53,876 bases of DNA from a bacterium (GTDB taxonomy: Bacteria; Patescibacteriota; Microgenomatia; Daviesbacterales; UBA10151). The position numbers were made by a program, and so were the translations under genes. Location: positions 1-53,876 of the forward strand of contig JAJYIE010000004.1 of the NCBI GenBank assembly GCA_021790255.1, given 5' to 3'. This document shows, piece after piece, positions 1 to 7,396 of the stretch. The notes beneath the pieces are model-generated. The model was not told where the DNA came from. It saw only the letters and a program-made list of their open reading frames with translations, and ran no database searches. Every line of letters begins with the position of its first letter. Positions within the stretch are counted from its first letter, which is position 1.

Positions 1-77
1 TAAAATCACTTGGCAATTTTCTGCGTTTGTCTCAAATGTGTTTGATCTTTTTCATCAATAGCTACTTATTGTTCAGT

Positions 78-142
78 AATTTGTATAAATGTCATTCTTT
101 TTTCAGCTATGATCATATTGGTGCACCCATAACTAAGTTATG
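78..142 (+). promoter_or_regulatory. Unit-1 promoter/operator: AATTTGTATAAAT (78-90), -10 TATGAT (108-113), palindrome CATAACT-A-AGTTATG (128-142) overlapping the ATG
   Basis: The same three elements recur at 3500-3567, with identical spacing between the 13-mer and the -10. Confidence 0.65.
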
Positions 143-436
143 AAAACAATGCAAGCAAGACTTGAAAAAATAGAAGCTCAGTATAAACAACAAACATATA
201 CCAACGTTGATAGTGCAATGGTTCGGGTATTACGCATGATTATTGACGCATATAGTCAAAAGACATATATACCAAAAGAAGTAGATAAAATAACGCATGA
301 AGAATGGCAACTTGATTGTGAAAAGGAATTACGTTACCAACGCATACATTTTGGAGAACAAGCGGTTGAAGACAGGAAACAAATAAATGATGACTTTGAA
401 GCATATATTACAGAGGTTGGCGGATGGAAGGACTAA
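140..436 (+). CDS. Small hypothetical protein, 'WKD' family (paralog 1)
   Basis: 98-aa ORF with an N-terminal RLEKIE coil, a DKITHEEW motif shared with 3565..3825, and C-terminal GWKD. Confidence 0.75.
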   Translation: MKTMQARLEKIEAQYKQQTYTNVDSAMVRVLRMIIDAYSQKTYIPKEVDKITHEEWQLDCEKELRYQRIHFGEQAVEDRKQINDDFEAYITEVGGWKD

Positions 437-439
437 AGT

Positions 440-760
440 ATGACTATACAAACCAAACTTACAAAACTTGAGATGCAATTACAAGCAAAGTTTTCAGTAG
501 AAAGACCGAGTGAGCAACCAGTTATTCGGCTCTGGTCAGAGCTTATACGAGATGAGGTGCAAGAAGGATTTGGTATAAAAGCAGAGCCAATGCTTGTAGT
601 GCCTGATAATCTAAAAGTTAGGCATGTTGATTGGGAGTACTTTTATAACTCAATTCAGAAACGTAGAGTTGAATTTGGCGAAAAAATCTATAAAGAACAA
701 ATTGACTTTTGTAATGAAATAAAAACAGTGATTGATAGTGCTGAGGGATGGAAGGACTAA
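440..760 (+). CDS. Small hypothetical protein, 'WKD' family (paralog 2)
   Basis: 106-aa ORF starting MTIQTKLTKLE and ending EGWKD, 3 nt after paralog 1. Confidence 0.75.
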   Translation: MTIQTKLTKLEMQLQAKFSVERPSEQPVIRLWSELIRDEVQEGFGIKAEPMLVVPDNLKVRHVDWEYFYNSIQKRRVEFGEKIYKEQIDFCNEIKTVIDSAEGWKD

Positions 761-765
761 TAATC

Positions 766-1353
766 ATGCGGTGTATATTTATCAAGAGAAACAAAGAACA
801 ATGTAGGGCACATAAGATGCTTGACTCCACTTTCTGTTTTAGACACAATCCCAAGCACGTTAAAAAGGTAAAAGAGCTGTTACTCAATGAGACCGATATA
901 CAAGTAAAAGATACATTCAGAGCAGACCTCAAAAAAGACCAAGCAAGTACGATTACAATTAGTGGAGACTTAGACAAGCTCAAAGTGGAGAAAGAAAAGC
1001 ACAGCAAAGCAATTATGAGCTATGAACAATTCCTTGAACTATTTAACGACTTGCCTGATATTATAAGCAAAACGAAGTCTTTGAAAGAGAAAGATTATTT
1101 ACTTGGAAAAACCTACTTGAACTGCGTTGTAAAAGATAAGAAAGTCTTGTCCTGTCAATTAAATCCACCATTCAATAAGTTTGTGAAAAGTGGTGTTTTG
1201 ACATCTAGTCGGATTGCAGAAACCACACTTGAACTATATGATTTTATCATAAACAACTTAGACACGGTAGACAAATTTAACGAGGACGTCAGTTTATATT
1301 TACAGGGTAAAAAGTCTTTTCAGCAGTCACAGTACATGAACGTCATGCTATAA
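766..1353 (+). CDS. Chimeric ORF: Cys/His small-protein N-terminus fused in frame to the serine recombinase C-terminal region
   Basis: The N-terminus MRCIFIKRNKEQCRAH...CFRHNP matches 3832..4188. From LLLNETDIQVK to GVLTSSR it matches the recombinase C-terminus, followed by a 46-aa tail. Confidence 0.7.
   Translation: MRCIFIKRNKEQCRAHKMLDSTFCFRHNPKHVKKVKELLLNETDIQVKDTFRADLKKDQASTITISGDLDKLKVEKEKHSKAIMSYEQFLELFNDLPDIISKTKSLKEKDYLLGKTYLNCVVKDKKVLSCQLNPPFNKFVKSGVLTSSRIAETTLELYDFIINNLDTVDKFNEDVSLYLQGKKSFQQSQYMNVML
883..1212 (+). repeat. Direct repeat copy 1 (recombinase 3' end), ending in core TCTAGTCGG (attP-like junction)
   Basis: Hand alignment with 5531..5859 gives 39 differences in 330 nt (about 88% identity), mostly synonymous. 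Confidence 0.95.
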
Positions 1354-1360
1354 TAAAAAT

Positions 1361-1615
1361 ATGAGCGATAGAACTTTAATTCAAAAATTGAAGGCAGCCA
1401 TTGACTCGGAGAAAAATAGCAGTATCAAAAAGGATAATTTGACAGATGTGGCAAGTCAAATTAGCAATCAACCAAGCACCTCGCAGCCACAGAGCAGTAA
1501 TGCCAGCGATAACAGCAATAATCAACCTCAAAATCTTGGAAATAATCAAGTTGTTGGCGCAGATGGCACAGTTATTGACCTCAACATAGACCAACAAAAC
1601 ACCATTAAAAAGTAA
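1361..1615 (+). CDS. Hypothetical protein with Q/N/S-rich low-complexity linker
   Basis: 84-aa ORF 7 nt after the upstream stop; no recognisable motif. Confidence 0.55.
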   Translation: MSDRTLIQKLKAAIDSEKNSSIKKDNLTDVASQISNQPSTSQPQSSNASDNSNNQPQNLGNNQVVGADGTVIDLNIDQQNTIKK

Positions 1616-1650
1616 TACTTCATCAAGCTGTATTTTATTGAACTATATAG

Positions 1651-3474
1651 TTATTGATATCCTTGTGCTTGGGTGTGAAACATGTGAGCGTATTTGCCGG
1701 CTTTTTTCATTAGTTCTTCATGCGTACCCCTTTCAATAATTTGCCCATCATCAATTACAAAAATCTTATTGGCATTTCTAACGGTTGAAAATCGGTGAGA
1801 GACCAGAACTAATGTTTTGTCTTTGTACGCTTTTTCTAAATTATTAAATATTTCATACTCTGCTTCTGCATCAATGGCGCTTGTTGGCTCATCAAGAATA
1901 AGCAAAGGGGATGATTGATAAAAGGCTCTTGCAATTGCTAATTTTTGCCATTGACCAACAGATAATTCCTCACCATCCTCATATTCCCTGCCCAATATCT
2001 GGTCAAATTTTTTTGGTAGTTTTTCAATAAACTCATATGCACCTGCTTTTTTAGCTGCCTCTTTTATAAGCATTTCATCTTGTTTCGCTGGGTCACCAAG
2101 TACTATATTATCTCGGACAGTCAAGTAATAATGTACAAAATCTTGAAATAATGTACCCATATGCTCGTACCAGTTTGCAAGTTTTATCTCTTTTATATTT
2201 ATGTCATTTATCAGAATTTCGCCCTCAGTTACATCATAAAATCTACAAATGAGTTTAATTATTGTTGATTTACCTGCACCATTTACACCAACAAGAGCAG
2301 CGCTCTCGCCAGATTGCACAATGAAAGATACATTTTTTAATACTTTTTGACCATTTGGGTATTGAAAAGACACATTCTTAAATTCTATTTTTGGTGGATA
2401 AATCTTTTCAAAAATAACGGGATGCGCAGTCTCATTGATTAGTCTTGGTAGTTCTAAAACCTCAAAGTAATGGTCTATGTACAAGTTATGCTCATACATT
2501 TCACCAAAATTAGCAACAGCATTTGCAGCGCTTCCATCTAGTTGGTCAATCATATTGATTAGCAATGTAAAACTACCAATAGTGATTATTCCATTTAAAA
2601 CGTGGGGTAATTGTAGATATGCAATCACAAACAACACAATTGTTTCTAGGATTGGAGGGTACATTAGTTGGCGTAAATAATTATCTAATGGTTTCTTGTT
2701 AAGATTGAATAAATAATCTTGTACTTCTTTGAGCTTAGCAAGAAGCGTTTTTTGTGATTGAAAAATTCTCATTTCTCTTATCGCCTCAGGACTAGCAAGT
2801 AAATAGGTAAGATACCAAATTTTTCTCACCTGCGGTGCGCCCGACCCATAAATTGACCATTGAATTGTGCCATATTTTGCACGCAGGTATAGTCTTGGCA
2901 AGGTTACAATAGTAATTGTTACTGGTATCCACCATCCAAATGGAAGTAATATTATAAAAGCTGCAATATAACCAACAATACTACTGAAAAAGTAAGCAAA
3001 CTGACGTAAAAAATCAGGTGGTCGCCATGTTAGAGTATCACGAGTTTTTGATATAAGATTTTGTGTTTTTGGGTTTTCTAAGTGGGCAATATCTAATTGC
3101 GATAATTTATCATAAAAACGTCTATTTAATTCATTTTGAATTGTGTAACGAAAAAGATAGTCAAAATAAACAATATGAAGCCCCCACTGGACAATGCTTT
3201 CAGCAAGATTGAGTACATAGCGAGTAGCAAGGATAGCAATAACTACCAGAGGTACAGTAACAATACCAGAAGCCAAATGATTACCAAGTAAACTATCAAT
3301 GAGGTATTTCAGTGTTAAACTTGCAATCAAGGGCGCTAAAGCGCCTATCATTGCAGTAAAATAATAACCAAAGGTTACTCTTTTATCCATTTCCCACGAC
3401 AACAAGAGCATTTTTCTTAGATTGGTTAAAACATGTTTCAGTTGTTGCAATGAAGTTTGTACTTTCATACACAC
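1651..3474 (-). CDS. ABC exporter, fused permease/ATP-binding (MsbA/MdlB-like)
   Basis: N-terminal TM helices; Walker A GVNGAGKST; signature LSVGQWQK; Walker B LILDEP; H-loop SHR. Confidence 0.92.
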   Translation of the reverse strand: MCMKVQTSLQQLKHVLTNLRKMLLLSWEMDKRVTFGYYFTAMIGALAPLIASLTLKYLIDSLLGNHLASGIVTVPLVVIAILATRYVLNLAESIVQWGLHIVYFDYLFRYTIQNELNRRFYDKLSQLDIAHLENPKTQNLISKTRDTLTWRPPDFLRQFAYFFSSIVGYIAAFIILLPFGWWIPVTITIVTLPRLYLRAKYGTIQWSIYGSGAPQVRKIWYLTYLLASPEAIREMRIFQSQKTLLAKLKEVQDYLFNLNKKPLDNYLRQLMYPPILETIVLFVIAYLQLPHVLNGIITIGSFTLLINMIDQLDGSAANAVANFGEMYEHNLYIDHYFEVLELPRLINETAHPVIFEKIYPPKIEFKNVSFQYPNGQKVLKNVSFIVQSGESAALVGVNGAGKSTIIKLICRFYDVTEGEILINDINIKEIKLANWYEHMGTLFQDFVHYYLTVRDNIVLGDPAKQDEMLIKEAAKKAGAYEFIEKLPKKFDQILGREYEDGEELSVGQWQKLAIARAFYQSSPLLILDEPTSAIDAEAEYEIFNNLEKAYKDKTLVLVSHRFSTVRNANKIFVIDDGQIIERGTHEELMKKAGKYAHMFHTQAQGYQ

Positions 3475-3499
3475 AATTGTATCAGATTTTATTTGTCTA

Positions 3500-3567
3500 A
3501 ATTTGTATAAATAATCTCTTTTTGACCCCTATAATTAAATAGGGATACCCCCCATAACTAAGTTATG
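3500..3567 (+). promoter_or_regulatory. Unit-2 promoter/operator: AATTTGTATAAAT (3500-3512), -10 TATAAT (3530-3535), palindrome CATAACT-A-AGTTATG (3553-3567)
   Basis: The 13-mer and the 15-bp palindrome are exact repeats of those at 78-142. Confidence 0.65.
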
Positions 3568-3825
3568 ACATTGCAAAATAAAATCACAAACCTAGAAAAA
3601 TATGTTAGAGCAAGAACACCTCAGCCGAGGGATATTCTTACAAGAGTAACTCGCATTGTAATTGCTGTAGGCGAGTCACACAGTCCCGGCAGAACTCTTG
3701 AGCCGATAGACGAGATTGACAAAATTACCCACGCAGAGTGGTATGAGTTCACGAATAAACATCCAGACTGGAAAGACCCTTATTACATAACAGAATTTGA
3801 CGAAGCCTTGGCATGGAAAGACTAA
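3565..3825 (+). CDS. Small hypothetical protein, 'WKD' family (paralog 3)
   Basis: 86 aa; MTLQNKITNLEK..., DKITHAEW, ends AWKD. Confidence 0.75.
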   Translation: MTLQNKITNLEKYVRARTPQPRDILTRVTRIVIAVGESHSPGRTLEPIDEIDKITHAEWYEFTNKHPDWKDPYYITEFDEALAWKD

Positions 3826-3831
3826 TAAAGT

Positions 3832-4188
3832 ATGCAATGTAAATTTATAAGAAAAAACAAACAGCAATGCAAGGCGCATAGCATGAGAAGTACTAAACTT
3901 TGCTTCAGGCACAGCCCTGACCACGCTAAACAAGCCTTAAAAGCCTCGCAAGCCGGCGGGACAAACAGAAGCCCGTCTGTTGCCTTTCAAGAAGAAATTA
4001 CTCTCAATAATACAAGAGATATCCAAAAACTGATAGGTAAGGTCATCAATGGTGTTTGGCAAGGAAAAGTACCAATCAAAGTTGGCTCAACCGTTGGTTT
4101 TCTTACTCGTTGCTGGCTTGATGCCTATGAGAAATCAGAGCTTGAAAGACGAGTTGAAGAACTTGAGAAGAAAATAACAGCATTGTAA
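3832..4188 (+). CDS. Small protein with C-x9-C-x10-C-x2-H putative Zn motif and C-terminal coiled coil
   Basis: 118 aa; the Cys/His pattern is conserved in the 766 copy; ends ELERRVEELEKK. Confidence 0.7.
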   Translation: MQCKFIRKNKQQCKAHSMRSTKLCFRHSPDHAKQALKASQAGGTNRSPSVAFQEEITLNNTRDIQKLIGKVINGVWQGKVPIKVGSTVGFLTRCWLDAYEKSELERRVEELEKKITAL

Positions 4189-4228
4189 TTATACTGCCTT
4201 GAGCTTTCTTAACCTGTATAATCAAAGC

Positions 4229-5874
4229 ATGCAATATACAACACAAGATTTAGTTGGCTTCCTCAAAACTCTTAACACTGCGGATGATGAAAAAGATAAT
4301 GCAACAAGTATCAAATACGTGATTTATGCCAGAAAATCCACAGAAAGTGAAGAACGACAGGTACGTTCACTTGGCGACCAAGTAACAGAGTGCAGAAAAA
4401 TAGTACAAGACAGAGAGCTACAGGTAATTTCAACCCCTATTACTGAGTCAGAAAGTGCGAAAGAGCCAGATATTAGACCAAGATTTAGGCAGATGATTGA
4501 CGACATAAAAGGTGGCAAATACGGTGGCATTATTGCGTGGCACCCGGACAGACTTGCACGCAATATGAAAGATGCAGGTGAAATTATTGACCTCTTGGAT
4601 AAAAAAATTATCAAAGACTTACAGTTTGTGAGCTTCACTTTCCAAAACAATACCGCAGGCAAAATGCTTTTAGGAATAGCATTTGTTTTGTCAAAACAGT
4701 ATTCAGACCAGCTAAGCGATAATGTGCTTCGTGGTAATAGGAGAAGCATTGAGGAAGGAAAATATATCAATAAAACTAAGCACGGTTATTTCAAAGACGT
4801 AAACCAATACTTACGACCAGACGGAGATAATTTCTTACTCATAAAACAGGCATGGAAAATGAGACTTGAGAATAAACAGCTTGAGGAAATTGCATCGTTT
4901 CTCAATACCAATCACTACAGCAGACCGACAAGCGTTGGTGGTAACACCCACGAGCAATACACCATAGACGTGAAGCGTGTATCAGAGATTTTACGTGACT
5001 CTATTTACTGTGGTGTCTTGTTATTTGGGGAAAAGGAGAAAAAGATAGTTGATTTGACACAGATATATGATTTTATACCAATGGTTACAGTTGATGAGTT
5101 TCTCAAAATAAATAAAATCACCAGCATTGATAAGTTTTTCAAACAGCGTTTCAAAGTGGAAAAAGAGGGAAGCATAAGAGCTGATTTATTGCGGGGCAAA
5201 GTCATTTGTGGCTATTGTAACCACCCAATGGTATCTGCAATCTCAAACAAAATGAATAAAAAAGGACTAACACACTATTACAACTATCGCTGTGATAATA
5301 AAAGCTGTAAAGCAAAGGCAAAGGCAATAAGAGCGCATGTTGTAGTGGATTACTGTATTGATTTTCTGCGACAACACAAATTTAACACGAGGGATGTCTA
5401 CGACCATTATGTAGCAGAAATGAAACGTGTTATTGCAAACCAAGAGCAAATACTTGAGACACAACGGCATACACTCACAAAAGCAAAAATTGATACTGAA
5501 GACAAAGTAGATAAAATAAAAGACTTGCTGCTCAATGAGACAGATATACAAGTAAAGACACATTCAGAGCAGACCTCAAAAAAGACCAAGCAAGCATTGT
5601 TACAATCAGTGAGGACTTGGACAAGCTAAAAGAAGAAAAAGAAAAGCACAAAAAGGCAATCTTGAGCTACGAGCAATTCCTTGAACTGTTTAACGATTTG
5701 CCCGATATAATAAGCAAAACCAAGAGTTTAAAAGAAAAAGATTATTTACTTGGAAAAATATACTTGAACTGCGTTATAAAAGATAAGAAAGTATTGTCCT
5801 GTCAATTAAATCCACCATTCAACAAGTTTGTGAAACATGGTGTTTTGACGTCTAGTCGGGGTGGGGAGAATTGA
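4229..5874 (+). CDS. Large serine recombinase (resolvase + recombinase + Zn-ribbon + coiled coil), with a 1-nt frameshift at about 5554-5556
   Basis: YARKST catalytic motif, AWHPDRLARN, CGYC...YRCDNKSC. Restoring one A (as in copy 906-909) joins ORFs 4199..5629 and 5617..5874 into about 548 aa. Confidence 0.9.
5531..5859 (+). repeat. Direct repeat copy 2, ending in core TCTAGTCGG at the tRNA 3' end (att junction)
   Basis: See copy 1; the last 4 nt overlap the tRNA discriminator and acceptor stem. Confidence 0.95.
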
Positions 5875-5927
5875 ACTCCCTACATCCGGACCCCCAGCCC
5901 GGCGTTCTGCCGATGAACTACACCCCG
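5856..5927 (-). tRNA. tRNA-Pro(GGG), CCA not encoded
   Basis: Cloverleaf: acceptor CGGGGTG/CACCCCG, D-stem GTTC/GAAC, anticodon stem CCGGG/TCCGG with loop CTGGGGG, T-arm GGGAG-TTCAATT-CTCCC. Confidence 0.95.
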
Positions 5928-5999
5928 AAGTTCGGACTATTTCTGAACATATCTTCTACCAGCTATCAGGTACAAGAATAATTGCACTTTAACATTTTA

Positions 6000-6155
6000 T
6001 CAAAAAACGAACATCTTATTAAATAAGCGTGTTAAATAAAACTCCGGATCCTTTTCTACCACCGAAACCTGCAGCTTTGTCCCGGCCAGATTTTTTGCCG
6101 CTTCCAGCCCGGCAATGCTGGCGCCGACAATAAGGACATCATAGAAACATTTCAT
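6000..6155 (-). pseudogene. N-terminal fragment of an FAD-dependent oxidoreductase (51 aa)
   Basis: Hand translation MKCFYDVLIVGASIAGLEAAKNLAGTKLQVSVVEK... is a Rossmann beta-alpha-beta unit. It has an AGAGGAGG SD and stops after 51 aa. Confidence 0.7.
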
Positions 6156-6200
6156 GACAACCTCCTCTGTATATTAAAATAGTTTGCAAAAACAGAAAAG

Positions 6201-7391
6201 CTATTCTTGGAGTTCTTTTTCTATTTCAATCAGGCGCTGATATTTGATAAGCCGCTGTTTTTGCAGCGGGCAGCCGCTTTTTAACCCGTCTGCCTGCAGA
6301 CCCACTGCCAGATCCGCAATAAAATCATCCATTGTTTCTCCGCTGCGGTGAGAAACAATAATTTTCCAGCCAAATGACTTGGCCAAAAGAGCCGCCTTTA
6401 TTGTTTCGGAAACAGAACCGATCTGGTTTGGTTTAACGATTACGGCATTGGCCGCTTTTTTCTCCCCTATTTCCTGTACCCTCCGAGGACTCGTGGTTGT
6501 TAAATCATCCGCTACAATCCAGGCACTATCCCCCAATTCTTTAGTAATATAAATAAAATTTTCAATATCTTTTTCGTCAAAAGGGTCTTCGATTGATAAT
6601 ATTTTGTACTCATGAATAATTTTTTTGTACAAATTCCACAAATCTGACAGGTCAATCTCCCACTCCCGCAGGCTGTAGCGCCCGTTTTTGGCGAGAGCCG
6701 AGGCAGCAACATCCAGACTAATTTTTGTATCCGTTTGGCCTGCTTTTTCCTGCATGGCTTTTAGCACCTGCAACCCTTCTAAGGGATCAGATGAAGGAAT
6801 TGTGTATCCACCCTCATCCCCCATTTTTAACTGCCCGTATTTGGCATGGATCTCGTCTGCAAGAAGCTGAAGCAGCTCCATCACCATCGTTAGGCTTTTC
6901 TTGGGGGAATTCACAGTGGGCACAAAGAGGTATTCCTGAAAAGGCAGGGAATTCTCAGCGTGCACTCCTCCTTCAATTAAGTTATAAAAACACCAAGGTA
7001 ATTTTTCTGGCTTTGTCCCAGCAATCTGGGCCACTAAACTAAATGGCTCCAGGTTTTGTGAGCGGGCCAGCAGTTTGGTAAAAGCAATACTTAGAGCCAA
7101 AATTAAATTTCCACCTAAGGCGGCTTTGTTGGGTGTGCCGTCCAATTTAAGCAGCATCTCATCAAGCTGCTCCACGGATTCATACTCGCCGGATAAAATC
7201 TCCGGTTTTATCTGTTCCAGCTTTTCCACTGCCTCCATCGGATCTAAAACTACTACTTCGGTAGCTCCGGTGCTTTTACCTGAAGGGACAGAGGCTACTT
7301 CCACCAAATTGCCTGAGTGCATAGTTGCCTCGAGTGTATTATTGCCGCGGGAGTCGGGGATAAGTCTTAGATCAATACTGTCAATTCTCAT
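6201..7391 (-). CDS. eno: Enolase (phosphopyruvate hydratase)
   Basis: DSRGN, VPSGKSTG, GGVH...FQEY, GDEGG, VKPNQIG, SHRSGET. Confidence 0.93.
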   Translation of the reverse strand: MRIDSIDLRLIPDSRGNNTLEATMHSGNLVEVASVPSGKSTGATEVVVLDPMEAVEKLEQIKPEILSGEYESVEQLDEMLLKLDGTPNKAALGGNLILALSIAFTKLLARSQNLEPFSLVAQIAGTKPEKLPWCFYNLIEGGVHAENSLPFQEYLFVPTVNSPKKSLTMVMELLQLLADEIHAKYGQLKMGDEGGYTIPSSDPLEGLQVLKAMQEKAGQTDTKISLDVAASALAKNGRYSLREWEIDLSDLWNLYKKIIHEYKILSIEDPFDEKDIENFIYITKELGDSAWIVADDLTTTSPRRVQEIGEKKAANAVIVKPNQIGSVSETIKAALLAKSFGWKIIVSHRSGETMDDFIADLAVGLQADGLKSGCPLQKQRLIKYQRLIEIEKELQE

Positions 7392-7396
7392 TAATA

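Larger units (their letters stand above)
1..5859. mobile_element. Integrated island / tandem array of serine-recombinase units at the 3' end of tRNA-Pro (left boundary outside window)
   Basis: The large serine recombinase reads into the tRNA 3' end. The island has an internal duplication of the module and of the recombinase 3' end, and is AT-richer than the host (spot checks about 35% vs about 50% GC). Confidence 0.85.

Noticed and set aside
1-60. Divergent cargo gene start for unit 1 (ATG at 55, minus strand)
   Set aside because: The frame stops after 7 codons and the window ends; cannot be judged.
1213-1240. TTGAAC at 1229-1234 as a duplicated tRNA T-loop (tRNA fragment)
   Set aside because: Spacing from the core is 16 nt vs 11 nt in the tRNA and the acceptor/T-stem sequence is absent, so it is probably coincidental.
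5554-5556. Programmed -1 frameshift controlling the recombinase
   Set aside because: No slippery heptamer or downstream structure; the paralogous copy has the extra A; the same lesion type occurs in rpsH, so an artefact is more likely.
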